In this document: piece by piece, positions 1 through 10,258 of the stretch | Layout of the letters: every line of letters begins with the position of its first letter | How positions within the stretch are numbered: the first letter of the stretch is position 1 | Assembly (NCBI GenBank): GCA_902595065.1 | Contig: CACJOM010000001.1 | Location: forward strand, 323,463 to 387,462 | Length of the DNA stretch: 64,000 nucleotides | Source: an uncultured SAR86 cluster bacterium | GTDB lineage: Bacteria; Pseudomonadota; Gammaproteobacteria; Magnimaribacterales; D2472 | Direction: 5' to 3' | Notes under the pieces: generated by a model | What the model saw: the letters and a program-made list of their open reading frames with translations, nothing else | Told to the model about the DNA's origin: nothing | The model's database searches: none | Translations under genes and position numbers: made by a program

Positions 1-259
1 GTAGAAAATCTAACTGAAAAAGATGCAGCAAAAACCCTCAAACGCTTTATGAAAAAGCTAGCTAAAAATATCAATTAGCCAGTGAAGAGCCTAATTAAAA
101 AAGTATTTGAAAAAATTTTAAAAGATAACCCTAGCAAGCTCTCAACTAAAGCTCTAGAAAGAGCAAGTAAAATTGAAAAACCTAGAACGGGCACTCCCCA
201 TGATTGGGAAGATTATGAGAAGTATCTTAAGGAATTCGAAAGAAATTCAAAAGAATAGA

Positions 260-772
260 TCAATTTGGTATAAGACTAATTTCTTTAACTGCTAGGTCAA
301 CAGAAAAATCTCTTCCAAAACCTGCAATACTAATATCTCTAATATTTCTTGCCTTCATTGATGCAGCTGAAAACCCAGAACTTCTCTCTAAATCGGAAAA
401 AAAGATCTGGTACTCTTGCCATTCATCTTTAACATCAAACCCTTGACTAAAGTAAGACCAAGGTGGGATTTTTAAACCCTTGAGTGTTACATGGATCTCA
501 TAAGTTTCATTGTTGCCTTTAGCTTTAAATTTGATGCCTTTAAAATCATTGCTATTTATAGCCACCCTATTTGAAAGTCTTACAAATCCACCATTATTAT
601 CTGTTGAAACATTACCTTTCATATAAAAGATGCCATCAGAATGAGAAATGGTTAAATCAGATACGCCGCCCATTACTTGATCAGTTATACCTATCCAATC
701 TTTCGGATTATTTAGCGAAAGAGCAAGAAGATTAAAAGATAATAAAGGGATAAAAAGGAATCTATATGGCAT
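260..772 (-). CDS. CIA30-like (complex I intermediate-associated protein 30 family) domain protein, probably exported
   Basis: ORF track 260..817. The pattern DQVMGGVS...GGFVRL...FKAKG...W.EY.I.F.DL resembles the CIA30 domain as I recall it. ATG at 772 gives a signal-peptide-like N-terminus (MPYRFLFIPLLSFNLLALS), so it is preferred over the TTG at 817. Confidence 0.55.
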   Translation of the reverse strand: MPYRFLFIPLLSFNLLALSLNNPKDWIGITDQVMGGVSDLTISHSDGIFYMKGNVSTDNNGGFVRLSNRVAINSNDFKGIKFKAKGNNETYEIHVTLKGLKIPPWSYFSQGFDVKDEWQEYQIFFSDLERSSGFSAASMKARNIRDISIAGFGRDFSVDLAVKEISLIPN

Positions 773-903
773 CAGAATATTTAACAAAAGATTATGTAAT
801 GTGTAAATAGTAATCAAAAGTTTAATAAATGTTTGATTTAAAAATAATATTCTTTCTTTTTTGTTAATATTAATGACTGCTTATGAATTTAAGGGGGGGG
901 GAA

Positions 904-2892
904 ATGAGCACACGTTATATTCTATTTATTTTATCTTTTTTTGTTGTATCAGCTAGTGCTGCTAATGATCATCTCAAGCAGGAAAGCTATTGGGACATCC
1001 AGGCAATTTCTAATCCAATTATTAGCCCAAAAGGCAAAAATATAATTTTTTCTAAAAGATACATTGACAAAAAAAATGATGCCTTTGTCTCTGACCTTTG
1101 GATTATGAGCAGCGATGGTTCCGAGAAAAGATTCTTTGTCAAAGGATCTAATCCTCGATGGTCTCCTGATGGAACCAAAATTGCTTTTGTCAAAGAAGAT
1201 AAAAATAAGACTTCTCAAATCTTTGTGAAGCATCTCTTGAATGGAAGTGAATCGAAGATCACAAATTTCAAAAGTAATATTAAGGACTTTGCATGGTCCA
1301 AAGATGGTAAATATTTTTCATTTTCTTCTTTTAACGAATATGACAAAACCTGGATCATTGATATTCCTGGTAAAGAAAAGGGAGAAGAATACAATTGGAC
1401 CGAAGAGCCAACAGTGGTCACCACAATGCATTGGAAATCAGACGGCAAAGGTGAAGAGAAAATTGGTGAGAATCATCTTTATCTCGTCGATTCAAATGGA
1501 GGCTCTGCAGTAAAAATCTCAGACTGGGGTTTGAATTATGTGGATGATCTCCAATGGGTTGATAATAATCAGATTGTCTTCACTGGTGATAATTCTTTAA
1601 ATGATTTGGAAACTCCTTGGAAGCAGTCATCAATTTTTAAATTGGATGTAAATACTAAAGACATTCAAAAGATATCTCCAAAAGATGGCGTTTATGTTTC
1701 TCCCAAGGTTTCTTTAGATGGTAAAAAAATAGTCTATACCGGGCATCCCAATAAAGAATATTCGTCTGTAGCATTTGACATACTGATCAATGAAAATAGT
1801 CAAAATAAAGTACTAACTAAAGATTTGAGCGCTTCTCCGAGAAGACTTGAATGGATAGATTCAAATAATATTTTTTTTAATATAGATGAAAGAGGATCGG
1901 CTAAGCTAAAGTCTTTAAATCTGAATACATTAAAAATTGTGAATGAGATTAAAGATTTTAATGATCAATTTTATCTCACTTCGGTTTTTGACGGCATTGC
2001 ATATGGCATTTATTCAAACGCTGATAGGCCAGGCGAGATAGCTAAAATTGAGCAATTAAATATTAAGCCTCTGTCACAATTTAATGAATTGGTCTTATCC
2101 CAATATGATCTTGGTAATACAACGGAGATAAACTACAAATCATATGACGGAACTAAGATACAGGGTTGGTATATTACTCCGCCAAATTTTGATAAAAAGA
2201 AAAAATATCCTTTGATTTTAGTTATACATGGTGGTCCTCACGCAATGTATCGACCATCTTTTAATTACCAATGGCATCAATTTGCAAGTGATGGCTACAT
2301 TGTTTTATTTACTAATCCAAGAGGTAGTACTGGCTATGGCAGTAGCTTTGCAAATATTATTGATAATGATTATCCAGGCAAGGGTGATTTGGAAGACCTA
2401 TTATCTGGAGTTGACCACCTCACAGATAAGGGATTTATTAATGAATCAAGGATGTATGTTCAAGGATGCAGCGGGGGTGGAGTTTTAACAGCATGGGTGG
2501 TAGGTCATGATGATAGGTTTGCTGCGGCTGCATCTTTATGCCCAGTAACAAATTGGATCTCAATGGTTGGCACAACTGATATTCCTGCATGGACTTTTGA
2601 GTGGTTTGAAGAGCCGTTTTGGAAAGATCCATCAGAATGGCTTGATCATTCTCCAATCATGAGAACTGGATACGTGAAAACACCAACTCTCTTTATGACA
2701 GGAGTGCTTGACATAAGAACTCCTATGGCTCAAACAGAAGAAATGTATATTGCTTTTAAACAAGCAGGAATTGAAACGGCTTTGGTTCGCATGAACAAAG
2801 AATGGCATGGTACAGATAGAGAGAAACCTACTAATTGGTTTAGAACTTATGGGTATTTAAGCGAATGGTACGAAAAGCATTCAGGCAATTAA
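904..2892 (+). CDS. S9 family serine peptidase (prolyl oligopeptidase / acylaminoacyl-peptidase type) with N-terminal beta-propeller, exported
   Basis: ORF 883..2892. Repeated SPDG/WS.DGK propeller motifs are followed by a C-terminal alpha/beta hydrolase with the nucleophile elbow GCSGGG, HGGP and a late His. ATG at 904 follows the G-rich tract (SD-like) and gives a signal peptide (MSTRYILFILSFFVVSASA). Confidence 0.85.
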   Translation: MSTRYILFILSFFVVSASAANDHLKQESYWDIQAISNPIISPKGKNIIFSKRYIDKKNDAFVSDLWIMSSDGSEKRFFVKGSNPRWSPDGTKIAFVKEDKNKTSQIFVKHLLNGSESKITNFKSNIKDFAWSKDGKYFSFSSFNEYDKTWIIDIPGKEKGEEYNWTEEPTVVTTMHWKSDGKGEEKIGENHLYLVDSNGGSAVKISDWGLNYVDDLQWVDNNQIVFTGDNSLNDLETPWKQSSIFKLDVNTKDIQKISPKDGVYVSPKVSLDGKKIVYTGHPNKEYSSVAFDILINENSQNKVLTKDLSASPRRLEWIDSNNIFFNIDERGSAKLKSLNLNTLKIVNEIKDFNDQFYLTSVFDGIAYGIYSNADRPGEIAKIEQLNIKPLSQFNELVLSQYDLGNTTEINYKSYDGTKIQGWYITPPNFDKKKKYPLILVIHGGPHAMYRPSFNYQWHQFASDGYIVLFTNPRGSTGYGSSFANIIDNDYPGKGDLEDLLSGVDHLTDKGFINESRMYVQGCSGGGVLTAWVVGHDDRFAAAASLCPVTNWISMVGTTDIPAWTFEWFEEPFWKDPSEWLDHSPIMRTGYVKTPTLFMTGVLDIRTPMAQTEEMYIAFKQAGIETALVRMNKEWHGTDREKPTNWFRTYGYLSEWYEKHSGN

Positions 2893-2901
2893 AGCAATTT
2901 T

Positions 2902-4089
2902 TTATAATGGGCCCAAAAATGAAATTCCTGCTTTTTTTAATCGAGTAATTAGAGGGCTTCCTAAACCTGCAGCGCTGGTAAGGACACCACCATACTCTGG
3001 ACCACCAGGAAGCCTTTCGAGATCTTCAATAAGACAAAGTGCGCATTCAGAAACTAATTTTGAGGTTACTTTGTAACCAGGGTCTCCTTTGCCACTCATA
3101 TTAAATACTTTTTTTGTTCCTTCTTCTGTTTCAACTATGTATTTACAATCAAACCATCCATTTTCTTGAACGCTCTCCGATGGCCCTTCCCCAGGTTTGG
3201 GTAAAAAAGGTTTTACTAATCTTTTTAATGGTGAAAGGAGAACTAAAACAGATAGACCTGTCAGAACGAGTGATTTCACAGCGCTAAACCAGCTCTTGTG
3301 GAAGGCATGCTCTTGATAAGTAAAATCAGCTCCATAAGATTCCTGTCTTAATGCAAGCAAGGCCTCTGTTCTCCTCACTACCCTGGTGTTTGCAGTAGCC
3401 ATAATAAAAGGGCCGGACCATGCGTTAATTTCAGGTTTTTTTGCAATTCCTACCCTGTCGCTACTAAGTTGCTTTTGTTTATTTGAATAAGAGTCCTCTG
3501 GATTAAGTAAAAATGGATCTGTAAGATCGTCACCGAGATCTAATTCCCCCATGGAAAACATCGTTTCAAGGGTGCCTCCTGATGCCCCACCCTGGTATGA
3601 ATGAAATGACTCGATTCTTTTGATTGGTTGTGACAAAGCTTTCGCTGCAAAAAAAGTTCCTAGATCTGATGGTATTGAATCAAAACCACACGATGGAACA
3701 ATCCTAATGCCTTTTGCTGATGCTTCTTTATGGTGTTTTTCTATTAAACCTTTTACCCAAAAATTTTCACCTGTGATATCTACATAATGACTATGATTCT
3801 TGATGCATGATGCTACCAACTTAGACCCATATCTATGAAATGGACCGGTTGTCGACAAAATTACTCTTGCTCTAGATGTTAAATTATCTAAAGCTTTTTC
3901 ATCATCAGAGTCAGCTATTATAATTTCTACATTTGTTTGATTCTCTTTAGCAACTTTTTCAAGTTTTATTAAATTTCTTCCCGCCATTGCCCAATTCACT
4001 GTTGTATTCAATGATTGAAAATATTTGACGCAAAGTTTCCCAGTAAAACCTGTTGCTCCATAAATAATAATGTCTATATCTTTTTGCAT
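2902..4089 (-). CDS. Saccharopine dehydrogenase-like NAD(P)-binding oxidoreductase (SCCPDH / trans-acting enoyl reductase-like family)
   Basis: N-terminal Rossmann motif IIIYGATGFTG, a length near 395 aa and the overall pattern resemble SCCPDH-type proteins. Confidence 0.7.
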   Translation of the reverse strand: MQKDIDIIIYGATGFTGKLCVKYFQSLNTTVNWAMAGRNLIKLEKVAKENQTNVEIIIADSDDEKALDNLTSRARVILSTTGPFHRYGSKLVASCIKNHSHYVDITGENFWVKGLIEKHHKEASAKGIRIVPSCGFDSIPSDLGTFFAAKALSQPIKRIESFHSYQGGASGGTLETMFSMGELDLGDDLTDPFLLNPEDSYSNKQKQLSSDRVGIAKKPEINAWSGPFIMATANTRVVRRTEALLALRQESYGADFTYQEHAFHKSWFSAVKSLVLTGLSVLVLLSPLKRLVKPFLPKPGEGPSESVQENGWFDCKYIVETEEGTKKVFNMSGKGDPGYKVTSKLVSECALCLIEDLERLPGGPEYGGVLTSAAGLGSPLITRLKKAGISFLGPL

Positions 4090-4151
4090 ATTGAAAAATT
4101 GTTGAGTTATTTCATATCAGATAATAAAGTGAATAAGGTTTAGAGTAAATT

Positions 4152-5351
4152 ATGAAAATACTTGCAATAGGTGGTTGTGGAAGCATGGGTCGTTATGCCA
4201 TCAGGGCTGCTCAACACTATAGCTCTATTGAAAAAATCATTATCGCTGATATCGACAAAGAGGCTGCTGAAACTTTTGCAGCAAGCTTAAATCAAAAAGT
4301 TTCAGCAATTCATCTTGATATTAATGATGCCAGCGCATTAAAACGATCCATGGAGGATATTAATATTGTTGTAAATACGTGTGGTCCATATTTTAAATTT
4401 GGAACTCCTATCCTTTCAGCTGCAATATCCTCGGGTTGCAACTACATAGATATTTGTGATGATTGGGAGCCTACGATCGATATGATGAAGCTCGATGTTA
4501 AAGCCAAATCAGCTGGTGTGTCTGCCACTATTGGGTTGGGTGCAAGCCCTGGACTAACAAATTTAATGGCGCTTATTGCTATTCGTGAATTAGATGAAGT
4601 ATCAACAGTTTATACAGGTTGGGACATTGGTGGGACCTCGCTAGATGAAAATGCAATGCAACAATCTGAAAATGCAGCAATGATGCATGGAATTGAGCAA
4701 ATGACAGGGCAAGTCAAAGTTTTCCAAAATAAAGCCTTTAAAATGGTCAAACCTCTTCAAAAAATCAATGTAGACTACCCAGGGTTAATTAATTTTAATG
4801 GAAATATTTTTGGCCATCCTGAGGCAGTAACCTTTCCGCATTATTTTCCTACACTTAAAAACTCGATCAATCTTGCGCATGGAGGTTATGCTGAGTTTCT
4901 AATCCTCAAATCTATAATGGGGTTAGTTAATTTAAGATTGCTAAGCAAGCGAAGCGCAGCTAATTTATTTTCTTTACTTGAAAGCAAGCAATCTACTCAA
5001 AAGAAATCTGAAGGTACCGATTATCCCCCAGTTATGTATGGTTTTGCTCGTGGCATCAAAAATGAGATGCCAGCGAGTGTGGGGGTTTGTATTCCAAGCA
5101 ATTCAGATGACAAAGATATGAATGAGCAAATTAAAAACATCGGTATGGGAGAAATTACAGGAATTCCATTGGCCTGTGGTATTAAGATGCTGGCAGAGGG
5201 TCACATAAATCAATGTGGAGTATTAGCACCTGAAGCAGGACACATAGAGCCCCATAAATTTATAAATGATGTTTTTGAAGAAATATCGAGGGTATTAGGA
5301 CTGCCCAAGGATAGCCTTAATGAATCTATTCAAATTACCCGCTCTTGGTAA
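4152..5351 (+). CDS. Saccharopine dehydrogenase family NAD(P)-binding protein
   Basis: N-terminal MKILAIGGCGSMG Rossmann motif and GLGASPGLTNL, typical of Sacchrp_dh_NADP-domain proteins. Divergent from the preceding paralogous-family gene. Confidence 0.7.
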   Translation: MKILAIGGCGSMGRYAIRAAQHYSSIEKIIIADIDKEAAETFAASLNQKVSAIHLDINDASALKRSMEDINIVVNTCGPYFKFGTPILSAAISSGCNYIDICDDWEPTIDMMKLDVKAKSAGVSATIGLGASPGLTNLMALIAIRELDEVSTVYTGWDIGGTSLDENAMQQSENAAMMHGIEQMTGQVKVFQNKAFKMVKPLQKINVDYPGLINFNGNIFGHPEAVTFPHYFPTLKNSINLAHGGYAEFLILKSIMGLVNLRLLSKRSAANLFSLLESKQSTQKKSEGTDYPPVMYGFARGIKNEMPASVGVCIPSNSDDKDMNEQIKNIGMGEITGIPLACGIKMLAEGHINQCGVLAPEAGHIEPHKFINDVFEEISRVLGLPKDSLNESIQITRSW

Positions 5352-5364
5352 TTCTTGGACGATC

Positions 5365-6669
5365 CTACTGATTTTCTAAATAATCTTTGAAAGCAACCTT
5401 GTCTGCTTTGGTATCTTTGCGTAATGCATTGAAAAGTGTTTGGCCATGATCTGGCATTAAATCATCAGCCATTCTCTTAATTTGCTGATAGAACCATGCC
5501 ATAGCTCCAAAGGCATTAATTACTTGAATTAAAGTAATTGGACTTGATGGAGAAAAAATCCATGGACCCAAAGATAAAGTTTTCTCAAAACTAGGTAGGA
5601 CTTCTAGCTCCCCATCAATCATTTTTTTAATGCAATGAGGATCAGCGCATAAAGGGCGGCCAACCCCAACAATCTGACAAATATTACTTTGTAAAGCGTT
5701 CTCAATTCCCTCTTTTGATCTGAAACCACCTGTAACCATGAGTGGTAAAGAAACAGCCTCTCTAATATTTTTAGCATACTCAAGAAAGTATGCCTCTCTT
5801 GCTATGGTGCTCTCTTTTCTGTGTTCACTCCGGTCAGGATTGATACTTATTTGATCTGCTCCTATTAATTTTGGTTGCTCATAAGTTCCGCCAGAGATTT
5901 CCAAAAGATCCAATCCAGCATCCTCTAAAATTTTTGCAACCTGAATGCTTTCAGTCTCTGTAAATCCACCTTTTTGAAAGTCTGTAGAATTTAGTTTCAT
6001 TGAAATTGGAAAATCTTCACCAACCTCTGCTCTGCATTTTTTAATAATCTCTAAATGAATTCTTGATCTATTTTCTAGACTTCCACCCCAAGCATCATTT
6101 CTCAGATTGATATCTGGAGATAGGAACTCTGATAATAAGTAACCATGAGCTGAATGAAATTGAACTCCTGTAAAGTCAGTTTCACGAGCAATTTTGGCAG
6201 TAAAAACAAACCTATCAATCACATCTAAAATTTCTTCCTCACTCATAGGCTTTGGAACGCCATAATTGCGCCCTGGAATTTTTAATCCAACGTCTGAAGG
6301 TGCCATGGGTGAAGCATTAATTTCACCAGGAGTTTGTCTGCCAGCGTGAGAAATTTGCATCCAGAGCTGAGTATTATCCTTGGTACCAGCTTCTGACCAG
6401 TCACGTAAAACATCTAGGTGATCTTTGTAATTATCTGAATCTATCACTACGTTTGCAGGGCCTTCTAAATTCTTTTGATCAACCATCACATTGCCAGTAA
6501 GCAAAATGCCAATATCCCCCTCAGCCCATGTACGATATAGATTGATATGGCCTTGATGGGCTAAATTTTTTCCTTTTGCAATTCGCTCAGTCATAGCAGC
6601 TTTGCATATTCTATTTTTAATTACTTGGCCGCATGGCAAAGTAAACGAATCATTAATAATTTTTGACAT
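5365..6669 (-). CDS. Old Yellow Enzyme family NADH:flavin oxidoreductase
   Basis: Motifs MAPS..., HSAHGYLLSEFLSP and GGF match the OYE/2,4-dienoyl-CoA-reductase-like TIM-barrel flavoenzymes. It carries a C-terminal extension of about 70 aa. Confidence 0.85.
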   Translation of the reverse strand: MSKIINDSFTLPCGQVIKNRICKAAMTERIAKGKNLAHQGHINLYRTWAEGDIGILLTGNVMVDQKNLEGPANVVIDSDNYKDHLDVLRDWSEAGTKDNTQLWMQISHAGRQTPGEINASPMAPSDVGLKIPGRNYGVPKPMSEEEILDVIDRFVFTAKIARETDFTGVQFHSAHGYLLSEFLSPDINLRNDAWGGSLENRSRIHLEIIKKCRAEVGEDFPISMKLNSTDFQKGGFTETESIQVAKILEDAGLDLLEISGGTYEQPKLIGADQISINPDRSEHRKESTIAREAYFLEYAKNIREAVSLPLMVTGGFRSKEGIENALQSNICQIVGVGRPLCADPHCIKKMIDGELEVLPSFEKTLSLGPWIFSPSSPITLIQVINAFGAMAWFYQQIKRMADDLMPDHGQTLFNALRKDTKADKVAFKDYLENQ

Positions 6670-6783
6670 ATATAAATCCTTTTAGCGAAATACTATACAA
6701 CTTAGAGAGTACTGTAGGTCAAGCATTAGTCCAACTTAAACTAAAAATTTGTTAGGATTGATATTAAAAAAATAGGACATAGC

Positions 6784-8202
6784 ATGAAAGACAAATTACA
6801 TTTCTATATCAATGGTGAATGGGTTGAATCTAAGTCAAATGAAAAAATTGAGATTATCAATCCTGCAAATGAAGAACTCATAGGACATATTACTGCTGGG
6901 ACAAAAGATGATATCGATCATGCCGTTGCAGCTGCATCTTCAGCTTTTCAAACATATCAATATTCTTCAAAGGAAGATCGGATTGAAATCTTAAACAATA
7001 TTATTGCTGAATATGAAAATAGATATGATGACTTAGTTCAAACTATCACAGAAGAAATGGGAGCTCCGATTTGGCTTTCAGAAAAAGCTCAAGCATCTAC
7101 CGGAATCAAAAACTTGCATGAAACTTTAGATGCGCTGAAGGACTATAAATTTGAAAAAAAAGAAGGTGATTACACATTAATAAGAGAGCCTATTGGGGTA
7201 ATAGGCATGATCACCCCATGGAATTGGCCAATGAATCAAATTACTACCAAGGCATCAGCTGCTCTTGCTGCAGGGTGTTCGATGGTTCTTAAGCCTAGTG
7301 AAATTTCTCCATACTGCGCCCTCTTGCTTGCAGAGATATTTGACAAAGCGGGAGTGCCAGCAGGTGTATTTAATGTAGTAAATGGATACGGCCCTATAGT
7401 AGGGGCGGCTCTATCAGAGCACCCAGATGTTGCCATGATGTCTTTCACAGGATCGACTGAAGCTGGGATTGCCGTAGCGCAGGCATCTGCTGTCTCTGTT
7501 AAAAGAGTTCATCAAGAGCTTGGGGGTAAATCTTCAAATATTATTTTAGATGATGTTGCAGATCTAGAAAAATCTGTGAAAGGAGGCGCCGGACATTGCT
7601 TCTTGAACTCAGGACAGTCATGCAATGCTCCAACAAAAATGTTAGTTTCTGAAAAAAATTATGAGAAAGCAGTAGAAGTTGCAGTTCAAACTGCAAATAG
7701 CACTACTGTTGGAGATCCACATGGAGAGTTTAGAATTGGGCCTATTGCTAACAAGCCTCAATATGAAAAAATCCTGAAGATGATCAAAATAGGTATTGAT
7801 GAAGGCGCAACCTTGGTTGCAGGTGGCCTTGAAAAACCTGAAGGTTATGAGAAAGGCTATTATGTTAAACCGACCGTGTTTGCAAATGTTACCAATGACA
7901 TGACTATTGCAAGAGAAGAAATTTTTGGTCCAGTCTTATCAATTTTAAAATATGATTCTGAGGAGCAAGCAATTGAGATGGCTAATGATACTGAGTATGG
8001 ATTAGCTGGATATGTTCAAGGCGAACCTGTGCATGCTAATAAAGTTGCCAGAAAAATTAGGGCAGGACAAGTTATTATCAATGGAGGCGCTAGAGGTACT
8101 GGAGCTCCTTTTGGAGGTTACAAATCTTCAGGTAATGGCCGTGAGCACGGCCTTCATGGCTTAGAGGAATGCTTAGAGACTAAAGCAGTCATCATGCCAT
8201 AG
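6784..8202 (+). CDS. NAD(P)-dependent aldehyde dehydrogenase
   Basis: ALDH signatures ELGGKS (catalytic Glu), FLNSGQSCNA (catalytic Cys), GSTEAG and EEIFGPV. Confidence 0.9.
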   Translation: MKDKLHFYINGEWVESKSNEKIEIINPANEELIGHITAGTKDDIDHAVAAASSAFQTYQYSSKEDRIEILNNIIAEYENRYDDLVQTITEEMGAPIWLSEKAQASTGIKNLHETLDALKDYKFEKKEGDYTLIREPIGVIGMITPWNWPMNQITTKASAALAAGCSMVLKPSEISPYCALLLAEIFDKAGVPAGVFNVVNGYGPIVGAALSEHPDVAMMSFTGSTEAGIAVAQASAVSVKRVHQELGGKSSNIILDDVADLEKSVKGGAGHCFLNSGQSCNAPTKMLVSEKNYEKAVEVAVQTANSTTVGDPHGEFRIGPIANKPQYEKILKMIKIGIDEGATLVAGGLEKPEGYEKGYYVKPTVFANVTNDMTIAREEIFGPVLSILKYDSEEQAIEMANDTEYGLAGYVQGEPVHANKVARKIRAGQVIINGGARGTGAPFGGYKSSGNGREHGLHGLEECLETKAVIMP

Positions 8203-8245
8203 AGCATAAATATATTAAGATAAGTTTAAATAAAAGGGGTTTGTT

Positions 8246-10183
8246 ATGAAAAAATATTTTTTTACAATTTGTTTTCTTGGATTGGTATCAGCATTATCCA
8301 GTCAGGAAAGGCGCACTGAAAATAATGGTAATTTGGTGCTAGAAGATATCCCTGCTATTCCCAAATCTATTAAAGAAAACTTATCTAAATTTCAAAATGT
8401 TAGATCAGCTGCTTTTAGAGGGTTTAATAATCAAAATGAAGGATTGTATATTTCTACTCGCTTTGGAAATGTGAGTCAGCTCCATCTAGTCAAAAGTGCA
8501 GGTGCAGCAAGAAATCAAATTACATATTTTCAAGAGCCTATTGGATCGGTAGCTATGCATCCAACTCAATCATCTATAGCTTTTACCATGGATAAAGGTG
8601 GAACTGAAAATGCTCAAATATACTTATTAGATGCAGAGTCTGCATCTACACAAATGCTCACAGATGGAGTGTCTAGAAATGGGGGGCCTTTATGGAGTAA
8701 TAAGGGTAATCACATAGCTTTCCAGAGCACCAAAAGAAATGGTCGCTCGAATGATGTCTGGATAATGCCGATTGAGAGCCCCCAAAATAGTGAATTGATA
8801 TTAGAGTCACCTGATGGGACATGGTGGGGCGCAACAGATTGGTCAGAAGATGATAGCAAAGTTCTTATTCAAAATTATATTTCTATTGCCGATTCAAAAG
8901 CATATGTCGTAGATTTAAAAACAAAGAAGAAAACTTTGATATTGGGAGAAAAAGATAGTTCATCTGTCAATTCAGCTCTAGCTTTTGATAAGAATGATAA
9001 AGGAATATTTTTCATTACCAATCAGTATGGAGAATTTAATCAACTTGCTTATTTTGATATTACAACCTCAGAAGTAAAAGTGATTTCAAAAGAAATATCA
9101 TGGGACGTTGATGGGTTTTCTATCAGCGATGATTCAAAGAAAGCTGCATTTGTAGTCAATGAAAATGGTTACAGCTCACTTTATCTTCTCAATCCTCAGT
9201 CTTTTGCGTTTAAAAAAGTAACCTCGCTGCCAATTGGTTTGATTGGGGGCATGGAATTTAGTGCAGATAATAAAAGTCTAGGGTTCACATTAAATACCTA
9301 CCAAAGCCCATCAGATACATATGTATTAGACCTCCAATACAGTCCATTAAGTTATGGCAAGCTCACCCGCTGGACTTACTCTGAGGTTGGAGGCTTAGAT
9401 ACATCTAAATTTATAGAACCTGAATTAATTCAATATGAAACATTTGATGGTAGAAAAATTCCTGCCTTTATCTATTCCAAAAAAACTAAAGATCCGCAGC
9501 CTGTCATTATTTCTATCCACGGCGGTCCAGAAGGACAAGCTAGGCCTAGTTTTAGCAGCACATATCAGTTATGGATGGCCAATTTAGGTGCTGCTGTTAT
9601 TACTCCAAATGTTAGGGGCAGTGATGGATATGGCAAAGAATACTTATCGCTAGATAATGGCTTTAAAAGAGAGGACTCTGTAAAAGATATTGGGGCATTG
9701 CTTGATTGGATTAAAACTCAGCCTCATTTGGATAGCAATAGAGTTGCAGTTTATGGTGGCTCATATGGTGGCTATATGGTACTAGCCAGCGCTGTTCATT
9801 TTAGCGATAGATTAAAAGCTGCAGTTGATATTGTGGGTATTTCAAATTTTGTGACTTTCTTAAAAAATACTAAAGACTATAGGCGTGATCTTAGGAGAGT
9901 TGAATACGGAGATGAACGTAATCCAGAGATGGAGGCATTTCTGCAAAAAATAAGTCCAAATAATAATGTTGATCAAATTAAGGTGCCTATGTTTGTTGTA
10001 CAAGGAGAGAATGACCCAAGGGTGCCAGTAACTGAGGCAGAACAAATAGTTCAATCATTAAGAGAAAGTGGTAAAAAAGTTTGGTACATGAATGCTCTGA
10101 ATGAAGGTCATGGCTATCGCAAAAAAGAGAATCGTGATATTTATCAACAAGCAGTTATCTTGTTCCTTAAAGAAAATCTGTAA
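8246..10183 (+). CDS. S9 family serine peptidase (prolyl oligopeptidase family), exported
   Basis: Signal peptide MKKYFFTICFLGLVSALSS, a propeller region, and a C-terminal hydrolase with HGGPEGQ, the nucleophile GGSYGGYM, a GENDPRVP acid loop and NEGHG. Confidence 0.88.
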   Translation: MKKYFFTICFLGLVSALSSQERRTENNGNLVLEDIPAIPKSIKENLSKFQNVRSAAFRGFNNQNEGLYISTRFGNVSQLHLVKSAGAARNQITYFQEPIGSVAMHPTQSSIAFTMDKGGTENAQIYLLDAESASTQMLTDGVSRNGGPLWSNKGNHIAFQSTKRNGRSNDVWIMPIESPQNSELILESPDGTWWGATDWSEDDSKVLIQNYISIADSKAYVVDLKTKKKTLILGEKDSSSVNSALAFDKNDKGIFFITNQYGEFNQLAYFDITTSEVKVISKEISWDVDGFSISDDSKKAAFVVNENGYSSLYLLNPQSFAFKKVTSLPIGLIGGMEFSADNKSLGFTLNTYQSPSDTYVLDLQYSPLSYGKLTRWTYSEVGGLDTSKFIEPELIQYETFDGRKIPAFIYSKKTKDPQPVIISIHGGPEGQARPSFSSTYQLWMANLGAAVITPNVRGSDGYGKEYLSLDNGFKREDSVKDIGALLDWIKTQPHLDSNRVAVYGGSYGGYMVLASAVHFSDRLKAAVDIVGISNFVTFLKNTKDYRRDLRRVEYGDERNPEMEAFLQKISPNNNVDQIKVPMFVVQGENDPRVPVTEAEQIVQSLRESGKKVWYMNALNEGHGYRKKENRDIYQQAVILFLKENL

Positions 10184-10258
10184 AAAATCTCTTGTTGTGA
10201 TAAATCTTCATATGAAGATACTTAAAGCAAAATTATAAATCATATATAGGAGTATGTT

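Noticed and set aside
1-258. Two short frame-1 ORFs separated by an in-frame TAG (1..78 partial; GTG 82..258, lysine-rich 58 aa).
   Set aside because: Both are too short, with no recognisable motifs, and the left one is cut by the window edge. I cannot tell a real small gene, a decayed gene 3' end and noise apart, so they are not reported as features.
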